From Hyaloraphidium curvatum SAG 235-1 (Eukaryota > Fungi > Monoblepharomycota), in the NCBI GenBank assembly GCA_025558095.1, contig JAIVFI010000009.1:620001-684000 (forward strand): DNA of 64,000 nt. Reading direction: 5' to 3'. Position 1 is the stretch's first letter. Each line of letters begins with the position of its first letter. Of this stretch, positions 8,455 through 18,533 are shown piece after piece. The position numbers and the translations under genes are program-made. The notes below the pieces were generated by a model. That model was not told the origin of the DNA. It was given only the letters and a program-made list of their open reading frames with translations, and searched no databases.

Positions 8455-9934
8455 CTACAGCGAGCTCCGCGCATCTCCGGCCTTGGCCAGGAGCGCCTTG
8501 AGGCTTTTGATCTCCTCTTCGTACCTGGACCGTAAGACGTTCCACAGGGCGTTCCGCTTGCCCTCGTCCTTCGGCATCCTGGCCGCCTGGGCCACGACGT
8601 TCAGTCGGCAGCCCCAGAGCCAGTCCGCCACTTTCGGATCCTGGAGCCAGCTGATCTCGTTGCCGTACGTCGCAATCTTGCAAACGATGTAGTGCAGCGG
8701 CAGATCGGGATGCGGCACCGGCACGGTCAGCTTGTTCTTGTATCCGTCGTCGGCAAAGGTGAGCTCGATGAAGGCGATCAGGGCAGCGCTGAAGACTTGC
8801 TGGCACGTGCGAACCGGCTGCAGGGTCAGCCGGTCGCCGTTGAAGACGGGCGTCGCGGGCCGGCGCGGGATGCTGTTCGCCGTGCAATCGACGTAGAGCG
8901 TGCCCTCGGGCATGCTCTTGGTGCCGCCCGTCAGCTGGATGCCCGTCGCCGAGATCGACACCACCCTGCCCATCCGCACGACGTCCTTGATGGTTCTGAG
9001 GCTGGCGAGCTCGGCTGCGGTGACGGTCGCGCAATGGAACACGCTCGGTTCCACAGCAGGATCGAGCCTCATGAGCTCGCCCCCGCGCTCGATGGCCAGC
9101 AGCAGCTCCTGCGGCGACCCGATCGCGGGATCGACGACGGCACGGTGCGTCGCGGCGGCCATTGCAGCAGCGGCGGCGCCCGGCTTGCCGGCGGTCTGCG
9201 AGGCCACCCGGTCGAACATCCAGTGGTCCCGTGGCATGACCCAGGTGATCCTCGCGGGATCCACGCCGCGGTCGAGCAGCCAGAGGCACGCATCGATGCC
9301 CGTCTTGCCGGCGCCCAGCACGGCAAAGTGCCTGCGGCCCGGAGCGGCTTCCGCGAGGGCGTTGGGAGGGAGGCATGCGACGCCGGACGCCACGGGGAAC
9401 GGGGTGGGCCGCATGGAGGGCACACGGACCTCAGAATAGGTGGCGTCGACGATCTTGCGGGCCTTGATGGCGGTAACGGTTCCCGAGACGAGGGAGCGCG
9501 CCGTCCCGCTCGCGAAATCGTACTGCACGCGGTGGGCGGCATTCAGCACAGAAGCAAGGAAACCGGCAATACGAGCCCACCTCGTGCATGGCAAGGTACT
9601 TGACCCTCCCGCTCGGCAGCAGCGTCCCCTCGACGACCTCCTGGAAGTAATGCAGCACCTCACTCCAGGCCGCCAACTCCATGAGCCCCGCGTTCCCGCC
9701 CCCAGTGTCCACCCTCCCCTTCCCGAGCTCCCTGCTGCACACCCCGTAGCACACGCTCGGCTGGTGCAGACGAACGTGCGGATAGGCGGCGGTCCAGTGC
9801 CCCCCGGGACGTTCCAGGCGGTCGACGAGGACGACGATGGCGGAGGAGGAATGCGAGACGAGGACGTCGGCGAAGGCGAGGCCCATGGCGCCGGCACCGA
9901 CGATGGCATAGTCCGCTTCGATGGTGGTGGCCAT
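8455..9934 (-). CDS. FAD/NAD(P)-dependent oxidoreductase (flavin monooxygenase-like), one intron 9523..9580
   Basis: IVGAGAMG FAD motif, GGHW..AYP.VRLHQPS, second Rossmann motif VLGAGKTG, LYVDCTA. Confidence 0.88.
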
Positions 9935-10117
9935 CTTGCAGGCGTCCACGACGTGCTTTGGGGTGCGGGAGACAGGGAGCGTCCACGGAATGTTCCGTCT
10001 GAAGAGTCGACGCTGCATGCGATTTCCACACGAATCCCGGCCCGGATCCATCAGGGGTATAGATCATAGCAACTGACGATTCTTTCTTCATGAATAGCAT
10101 GATTCAGCTTCCGCACC

Positions 10118-10155
10118 GAGGATTCGAGGGAGCATAGAGGATTCGAGTGAGCATT
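10118..10155 (+). repeat. 19-bp tandem direct repeat x2 in divergent promoter
   Basis: GAGGATTCGAGGGAGCATA / GAGGATTCGAGTGAGCATT. Confidence 0.75.
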
Positions 10156-10201
10156 ATTGACACGCGGACTCAACAAACCGACGCGTCCAATCCCGCGATC
10201 C

Positions 10202-10915
10202 ATGCTGGTGCTCTACTCGCACGCGAACCCGTATGCGGACCACCGTCACCTCGCGTCGCGTCACTTTGTCCTGCGCCCACCCACTGGGCCGCCCGTCACG
10301 CTGCGCGTGGACCAGCGCCCTGACGCGGAGATTTCCCTCCACTCAAACACGGGCAGCGTGACTTGGGACGCGGCGGGGGTGCTGGCCGGGTATCTTGTCG
10401 CGCATCCGGAATTGGTGCCTCCTGGTGCGAGGGTGCTGGAGCTCGGGGCTGGAACCGGCTTGGGCGCGCTCGGGGCGGCGGTCGCGTCAAAGGGGACCGC
10501 CGAAGTTCTCGCGACGGACCTTGAGGAGTGCATGGAATTGTTGAGGAGCAATCTGGAAGCGAATGCCGCGAAGCTGCGGGAAGAGGCCGGCTGGGAGCTC
10601 CGTCTGCGGGCGGAACCGCTGGACTGGCTACAGGATGCGCCTCCATGGGAGCCGTTCGACCTGGTCATCGCCGCGGACGTGCAGCATATCCCTTCCTTGC
10701 ACCGGCCGCTCCTTCGGACAATAGCGGCGCTGTCGAAGGCGGACACGGGCATCGTCGTGTGCTACAAACCGCGCGGGTTGGGCGAAGAGGGCTTCTTGGA
10801 GATCGCTCGGGCGGATGGATGGCGGACGGAAGTCATCCTGTGGGAGCAGCGGGAGACCTGGATGTCGGAATACGTTCTCTTCCGAATGAAGAGGCCGCGG
10901 CCGGGAGGGGTCTGA
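10202..10915 (+). CDS. METTL21/family-16 protein-lysine methyltransferase
   Basis: TGSVTWDAA, VLELGAGTG, LATDL, LDW, DLVIAADV motifs. Confidence 0.9.
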   Translation: MLVLYSHANPYADHRHLASRHFVLRPPTGPPVTLRVDQRPDAEISLHSNTGSVTWDAAGVLAGYLVAHPELVPPGARVLELGAGTGLGALGAAVASKGTAEVLATDLEECMELLRSNLEANAAKLREEAGWELRLRAEPLDWLQDAPPWEPFDLVIAADVQHIPSLHRPLLRTIAALSKADTGIVVCYKPRGLGEEGFLEIARADGWRTEVILWEQRETWMSEYVLFRMKRPRPGGV

Positions 10916-10984
10916 CAACAGCTTGGCAGCTGATGATCGCCTGGGTGCGACTAAACTTGGAAGAGGCGCTATGTTTCGCGACAT

Positions 10985-11997
10985 TCATACCCTTCTCCAC
11001 TCCCACCACTCGTCGCCGGGCAGCCGCCTCCACCTTCCTTCAATGATCTCGCCACCGACCTTCTCGAACAGCGTCCCCACGTTCTCGTCTGCCACATCGT
11101 CGTGGCGTACCACTCGCAGTGAGACAAACAGGGGATCGGCGAGGAGCTGCCTGCACAAGTCGCGGAGCTGGGCCACGTCGTTCTCGCCTGTCCAATAGTC
11201 CCAATCGAAGGCCAGCGACAGCTCGCACAAGGTAGCTGAGAATCCGGGGAGGATGCGATGCTCTTCGATCAGGGTCCTCTCGCCGCCCGGAGAGTGCCGG
11301 ACCTGGAGCATCTCCAGGTTCGGCATCACTTTGCCAGGCACGTTGCGCCCCACGTCGATCAGGGTCGAGCAGTCGTTCAGCCGTCTCACGCTGGGAAAAC
11401 ACGGCAGAGTTTTGCCCGAGCCGTAGCAATTGCTCAGCAGGTTGACCAGGTCTGGGAACGCACTGGCGAGATCCAACGCGGTCGGGATTTTGCCACTGTA
11501 GAAGGGCGCCTCCAGCGACAAGATGCCGCGCTGATTCTTGGTGATGCGCTTGATAAGGTCCGCCCGCGGGATAGACCACAGCCTCAGTACGCGCAGCGCA
11601 CCCTTGGCGAAGCACGACAGGAGGAGTCCGCGAGTCCGCGCGACGTTCTCCGCTCCGTCGTACCACGGTCCCGTGAACTCCCCCGTTTCCCTCCACTCCC
11701 GGGCGAAGGCCTTGAGCTTCTTCTTGACGCCCGCCGGGATCCCTTCCTTTGGCCCTGGTACGGCGGGGAGGGGGAATGCGGGACCGCGGGCCCAGACGGC
11801 GCGGTTGGTCGTCGCGTGGAGCGCCTTCGTGACCCTGCGCGGACGGCTCCGTCAGCGAAGGAATGACCGCAAAAGACGCGTCAATCTGACCCGTTGAGCG
11901 ACTTCAGGGTGGGGCCGTCGCAGAAGTCCGCAACCATGGCCGCGAGTTCGGGAACGTCGAGCGGGTGCCGCGGGCCGTTCGGTGCCGCGGCGGCCAT
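10985..11997 (-). CDS. F-box-like lineage-specific protein (paralog of 17344..18359), intron 11835..11890
   Basis: N-terminal HPLDVPELAAMVADFCD..TLKSLN F-box-like segment; collinear similarity with the + strand copy at 17344. Confidence 0.7.
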
Positions 11998-12172
11998 GGT
12001 GACGCGTGCTGGAAGGAACTAAGAGTTCTGCTCGAACGTCCTGGACCGGCCAGAGCGCAAGCTGCGGGAACGTGATGAATGAGGAGGATTGTCGTCGCAG
12101 TCTGCGGACGCGCGTGCGCGGTGGCGCCGAAGCGGCGTCAACCCACTCTCCTGCGGAGGGCCAGGCGATGCC

Positions 12173-13296
12173 ATGACCTCGATTCTAAGGTAATCTTCAT
12201 CGTTGCTCACAGCTCACGGAGCTCTGAGGTCGATTCTCCGCGATTCGCCCTCCCGTTGTCAGCGTCGCCGCGGCTTTGACGCTCGCGCTCCTCTTCACTT
12301 TCGGAGCCCTCGCCATCGTCCAAGGCGCGTTGATCCTCGTCAATTCATCTGCACTGATTCCAGGAGCAATGTGGAGTGCCTTTGGCGGCGGCGCTGTACT
12401 GGCGGCCGCTGTCGTATTCGTGAACAGGCGATGGTCCTCGAGGGGCATGTCGCGGGCAGCGACTGCTGCTGCGGTTGTCGGACTGCTTTGTGCCATTGTC
12501 GCGGCTTCCTACAGTACCTCCACATATGTGAACTGTGGCAGAGACCGACAAGAGTGCGCAGAGACCTGGTGGAACTCCTTGACGACATCGGCGAGGGAGA
12601 GATATCAGTCCTCAGTAAGTCCGCTTCTCCATCGGCAGCATTCATGCCCCTCACTCTCCCGTGATCCATTTTTAGTTCGTCTGCTCCGGCTTCGATTCCT
12701 GCTCGAGTTCGTTGCGAACGCTCGTCTCTTCGGTTACCTTGGCCAGCATGATCGTTGCTTGGATTTCGGTCTGTCTCCTCGGGTTCTTGCTCGCGCTTTC
12801 GATTCTGGAGGCCCGTAGCGCTGCTGGATCGGACCTCGAGCTGGGCTCCCACTTCCGCTTCGTCGCCGCAAACCACCTCGTCGGCACCACGGGCCATGAT
12901 GCACCGGACGGCTCATGGCTCGGCTTCTACGAGTCGCTCGGCGGGAGCTTGCCGGACCTGTGCCCGTGCCTGGACCACTCGCTCGACCCCAGCGGGCGCC
13001 ACCATCTTGCTCATGACGTGCACGGGGCGCACGTCTTTGCCGAGCTGGAAGGGGGTCGGGGTTTCATCTACGGCATCACCCCGACGTGCGCCAAGTGCAA
13101 CTACCCGGGACCGCGGCGCCGTGCTTTGAAGATCGACAAGACTCGGCCCTTCACATGCGCCACCATATACGTGGAGCGGCAAGCGGCCTCGGATCCACAT
13201 GCTCGGTTCAAGGAGCTGAGGGACAGGGATCCGGAGCCGCAGAATCCGAGGCTCGTCAGGCTCATTCCGGTCCACGGGATCGGGGACGGCGGATGA
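12173..13296 (+). CDS. Tetraspanin-like 4-TM protein with C-terminal His/Cys-rich domain (introns 12190..12262, 12615..12675)
   Basis: Four hydrophobic segments; EC2-like W..L....R..YQ..F.C.GF..C; C-terminal CPC..GAHV..PTCAKCN. Confidence 0.6.
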
Positions 13297-13711
13297 AGGA
13301 TGCAACGTTGTTTCGCGCCTTTTCGTCTTTCCCTAAAGCCACGGGCCAGCGTTTCCGTGGATCACGAGTGCCGCTTTCGGAGCTGCCTACACCCAATCCT
13401 AGCACCTCTCGGGCCCATCGCCGACGTTGGTCTGACAAGTCATCGTGGCATGTTGCCTTCTCGGACCGATCACGTCAGCATAGCTATCAGGTTCGGCCCT
13501 TCGGGGCAACTACCTATCTACCATGCTTATGCTCAATATGTAGAGCCATTTCTCTGTCTTGAAATCACATGTTCAAGCCATTCGCCGGGGGATTTGGGGT
13601 TGCTTCCTTGGCGCTGATCGGAGACATCCTGTTTAGCCGACGGTCCTGTTACGACTTCCTGGCCGCCCCTTCCCGTCTCCTTCTCCGCAGGCTACTTCGG
13701 AATCGTCGAGA

Positions 13712-14715
13712 ATGGCCTCTCCCGAGAAGTCTTTCGTCGTGCGGCGCTCGCCGCTCCTCTCGGCGCTGGAAACCGTGGTCCGCACTGTCTTCGGCCGGAT
13801 ACGCGTCCCCACCCTCGCCGTGATCCTTGTCCTCCTCAACTGGGAGAACTTCCCGTTCGTCTACACCCTCCGGACGGCCTTCTCCATCTACAAGGCCATC
13901 TTCAAGTACGTCTACCTGAAGCGTGGGTCTTTGTCCGTTCTGCTCCCCGGGCCATCCTGAGAGGTCGGGGCGCGCCAGAGCGGCTGCGGTGGTTCTCCGG
14001 CGCGGAGCCGGGCCAGGTCACAAGGCGGGACGAGTCGGAGCTGTCGATGAGGAACACCTTTGCCCATTCCGATTACAACTTCCACGCGAACAACGGCTCA
14101 TATGTGAGGCCATGCCGGCGAGCCACGCGGGCGGGAGCTGATCATTTCGCCGTGCAGAACCTTGCCGCGGATCTTTCCCGCTGCGATTTGATGGTCCGAA
14201 GCGGCCTCGGACCGTACAGTGGGTGTCCGCCACTCTCGACAGCGCCCCGGCTCACCACCCCTCCAGCCCACCGCAACAAGCTCAAGATGGCCAACGGCGG
14301 CGTCGTCTTTGCGTACATCAAGGAGATCCCCGTCCTCAGCCCCTTCACGATCCGCTCCTCCTTCCGGACCTACGACAGGAAGTGGTTCGTCCTCGAGCAC
14401 CGCGTCGAGTCGGCCGACGGCCGCAAGGTGTACGCGATCGGGCACTCCCGGATCGTGGTCAAGGAGCGCTCTGGCAAGACGGTGCCCCCGCAGGAGGTCC
14501 TGGAGGGCATGCGGAAACTGGGCCTGCTCCATGGGTGGGGCGAGGCGGGGCAGGACGGGGTCAAGGACGTGGAGATCCGCGCGCCGCCGATCCAGGAGTG
14601 CTGCCGGGCGGTGCTGGCCGCGGAGAAGGCGCTAGAGATGCACGCGCTGGAGGAGGAGCTCGAGCACAAGGGCAAAGGATGGGAAGTGGGCACCGTGGAC
14701 GGAGGCGCGCTCTGA
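13712..14715 (+). CDS. Hotdog-fold thioesterase-like protein (THEM6/4HBT-like), several introns
   Basis: SDYNFHANNGSY motif, YIKEIP..F.I....YDRKWFVLEH, VVKERSGKTVPP; exon boundaries approximate. Confidence 0.75.
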
Positions 14716-14779
14716 GCCGGTTCCGTTCTTTGCTTGATTTATGGTGGAGAAAGGCCACCCATGTACAGAGACCCTAGAT

Positions 14780-17195
14780 TTAGACGAGTATAGACTCCAG
14801 CGTCTCCTCGGAGACGGTCTCGGGCGCCTTGTCGGCCGGCACCGGCTCCCTCTTCCTCAGGTTGAACCTGCCCACCCCACCGAGGTTGATCACTAGCTCC
14901 CGCATCTCCATCTTCGAATGGTCCATCCCCTGCGCATCAGCCAGCCCGCGCAGCTGCGCGAGCACGGCCTCGACGTGCTCCGCCGGGCCGTGGTAGTGCA
15001 CAGCCGACACGGCGACCACCATGATCCCCGGCGTCAGGCTGGGCGGCCTGACCCCGGCGAACGGCAGCCTTTCCCTGAACTCCTCAGGCATCCCCGCCTC
15101 CTCCATCGGCTTCCGGTCCAGCACCGCGTCCCACATCCCCTTGAGCATCGCGTAATGAGGGTCCTCGGGCCGCCCCGCGGCCACGATCCCCATCGAGTCA
15201 AGCTTCTTCGCAAGCCCGATGGCTACCGCCGTCCACACCCCACCGTCTCCCCTCTCCGCCGTGCCCGCCAGCAAGCCGGCCAGCTGCATCACGGCCTCCA
15301 TGTCGCCCCTGATTGCGTAGAACTTGGCCAGCGTGGCGACCATCCTCGCGTCGAGGGCGATGGAGCGGTCCGACATGTCCTGCCACACGCCCTCGACGGC
15401 GTCGGGCTCTCGGCGATCCGCGTGCAGCAGCAGGGCCTTGGCGTACAGCCGGGGGGAGACGGGGAGCTGCTGCGCGCGGAGCTTGTCGAAGTGCGCCAGG
15501 GCCGGGGAGGCAGGCGCCGGTGCGCCCTCAGGAAGGGAGGGGGGATTCTGCACGACGGCCTCGAGGTACGCGAGCTCGAGCATGTCGCTGCGGCCGAGGT
15601 TCAGGTTGGGCACCGAGTTGTAGATCTGGTTCGCCCGCTCGAAGTTGCGCAGGTCGATCGACACCTGGAGCAACGCCGTGAGGAGGGGCAAGTCGGGGGG
15701 CCGGTTGCGCGCGGCGAGCTTCTGCGTGACCTGGCGCAGCGCCGCGGCGTCGCTGCGGCGGCCGGCGTCGCGGAGAAGGCGGGTGTAGAGGTAGGAGGAG
15801 GATTCGGCGCCGTCGCCGACGAAGTGGGGGGCGCCGGTGTAGATGTCGACGAGGGCAAAGGCTGCGCGGGGCGCACGCGCGCGAAGTAGCACCTCGACGG
15901 CCGACGCGAGGACGTAGACGTCCATGGTGCCGCCCGCGGCGAAGAAGGAGGTGAGAATCTCGATCACCTTGTCGACCACGGTGCCCGACCCTTTGGGTTT
16001 GCCGGGCGCGCAGATGTCGGTCGGGGAGGGGGCTGAGTCAAGCTTGGCCAGGGCCTCCCTGAGCGGCACCGTCGGATCCGGGGCCATCTCGAAGGGGTGC
16101 TTGTTGGGCAGCCACCTGCGGTTCTGCGACCGCCGCGACCACATGAAGTAGCTCAGCGGGAGGACGAGGTCGGCAAAGACGCCGGCGTTGGCGTTGAGCT
16201 CGTAACCGGGGACCTCCTCGCACGCCGCGGGCTCCATGAGGTCGAGCGCCTTGAGCAGAGAGGTCGCCAGGTTGCCCGACATGCCGTATCCGGGGTTGAG
16301 GCCGAGGCCGTAATGCACGGTAGCTAGCGTGCCGGTGTAGTTGCCCGAGCGCGACATGTTGTAGACAACCTCGTCGAAGATGGCGGGCGACAGCTTGAGG
16401 CCGATGCTGGTGATCCAGTCGAAGTAGTCGCGGCAGACCTCGAAGCGGCTGACGAAAAAGATGACAGAGCGGTGGGAAAAGAAAAACAAATCAGTTGCGA
16501 TTCGGAGTGAAACCCGAGAAACCCCACCGGAAACGGTGTCCCATGGCATTCGTCAAAATCTCGACCGACTTTCTCGGGATCCGGGCGCCGGCGTTGCCGA
16601 GATCACGGAGCATGGCGCCCAGCTTGTCCGCGGCCTCCTCGCACATGGCATCGGTCCCACTGTCCTCCTCCTCCCCCATCCGCTGGCGGTTCTGTCGGCG
16701 CTCCAGCCGCTGCGAGAGCGCGACGCCTGCCAGCGACATGGCCGCATAGCCGATCGTCATGGGGTCCAGCCGGGCCAGCTCCTTGTCGCCGCTGTCGCGG
16801 AACCGCAGCCACGCGTCCCACGCGACGGCCTGCTCGTTGCTGTGCAGACCGACGCGCGCCGAGATGATGCGCTTGCGGAAGTCACCGGCCGGGCCGTCCT
16901 CGGGGGCGGCGATCCGCGTGCGCCGCGGCGCCTTCGTTGGTTTCGCAGCATCGCCCGCGGCCGCCTCGGCGCTCTCAGCATCGGAGACGCCCTCGGCGGG
17001 GGTTTCGGCCCTTGGCGCGACGCCTTCGGGCTGCGACACGTCCGCCGCACCGTTCGCCGCCACGGACTGCCACCGCCGCCCCGCGCCGATTCCGACCGCC
17101 GTGGGCCGCGGGCGCGCCGCTGCTGACAATACTGAGAGCGCAGACGCCGCGGCCGCGAGGCGCGGTGCCGCCTGGCGCGCGAGGACGCGGAGCAT
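14780..17195 (-). CDS. Mitochondrial pentatricopeptide-repeat-like protein (intron 16449..16527)
   Basis: Arg/Ala/Ser-rich presequence MLRVLARQAAPRL..RRWQS; ~35-aa helical repeats (LYTRLL, LLTALL, LYAKAL, MVATLA). Confidence 0.7.
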
Positions 17196-17343
17196 CGTTG
17201 TGTTTACTTTGGGGGGGGAACTTGATTCAATTGCAATTCAATTGGCTTGTTGACGCGTCGCGGGCATGCACGCTCCTTTCCCCGCACGAAGCAGCAATTG
17301 ACATTGCCGTCGCAGTATCGATTTTATTGAAATTGCTGTGACG

Positions 17344-18359
17344 ATGGGTGACGGGCCCACGGCCGCGCCCCGGCACCCGCTGGACGTGCCCGAGCTCGCG
17401 GCCATGGTCTTCGACCTCTGCGACAGCCCGACACTCAAGGCGCTCAACAGGTGACGCGTTTCGAGTGCTGCCGGCAGATGTCTTGCTGACCGACGTCCGA
17501 TAGGGTCAGCAAATCCTTTCACGCCGCGACGAACCCTGCCGTCTGGCGCCGCGGGCCGGCATGCCCCCTCCCGGCCGAACCCGGGCCGCAGGAAGGCATT
17601 CCCGCCGGCGTCAAGAAGAAGCTCAAAGCGTGGGCCCGAGAGTGGAGGGAAAAGGGGGAGCTTACGGGGCCGTGGCACGCCAACGGGGAGACGGTCGCCC
17701 GTACCAGGAACCTTCTCCTGTCGTGCTTCGCCAAGGACGCACTACGCGTTCTGGAGCTCACTTCCATCCCGCGAACGGATCTGGTCAAGAGGATCACCAA
17801 CAACCAGCGCGGCATCGTGTCATTGGAAGCGCCCTTCTTGGCCACCGCCAGAGCTTCGGCCTTGACGAAGCTGGCGAGCGCGCTCCCCGGCCTGGCCAGC
17901 CTGCACATCAGGTGGGACCGCTGGCTGGGCCTCGCACTGCCGTCTTTTCCGGGCGTCAGGCGCCTGTGGGACCGCGACTCCCTGGTCCAGGCCGGCGAAC
18001 CCGGGAAGGTCTTTCCAAACCTGGAGACGCTCCGGGTCACGCACTGGCCGAGCCGCGGGACGCCTCTCTGCGAGCAGTACGGCTCCCTGGTTGATCTGGC
18101 GGCCACCCTGCGCGAGCTCTCGCTGGCCCCGGACAGCGACTTCGTCGCGTTTGTTGCCGAGGAAGAGTGGTCGGCTCTTCCCGCCGCTTGCCGGGAAGTT
18201 CTCGCTGATCCGCGATTCGTCTCGTTGCGCTGCGTGCGCCACGTGGACAGGGACGATCCCAACGCGGGGGCTCTGTACGAGAAGGTCGGCGGGCAGATCG
18301 TTGAGAGACGGTGGAAGCGGCTGGCTGCCGACGAGTGGTGGGAGTGGAGGCGTGCGTAG
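17344..18359 (+). CDS. F-box-like lineage-specific protein (paralog of 10985..11997), intron 17451..17503
   Basis: HPLDVPELAAMVFDLCD..TLKALNR; same intron position and shared C-terminus EWWEWRR as the other copy. Confidence 0.7.
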
Positions 18360-18533
18360 GCGGAGATACTCAAGACGCGAAGATCGCGGAGAACGAGATT
18401 CAACAAGAATCAACGGGAAGACACTGCGGCCTTGGCGGAGGGCGGGCTCGATCGCCTGATATCGCCTGAATCATCAGTGTGGATCGAAAACGGGTCCAGT
18501 CCCGTTCGATTTTCTGGGGGCCCTGACCGCATC

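Noticed and set aside
8288-9376. 889 aa ORF suggesting an N-terminal extension of the DsbA-like gene
   Set aside because: This part is an off-frame read of the FAD oxidoreductase; the real start is ATG 8287
10202-10915. Methyltransferase near the ars cluster as a possible ArsM
   Set aside because: Motifs are METTL21-type (W.A, ELGAGTG, AADV) and the ArsM conserved Cys pattern is absent
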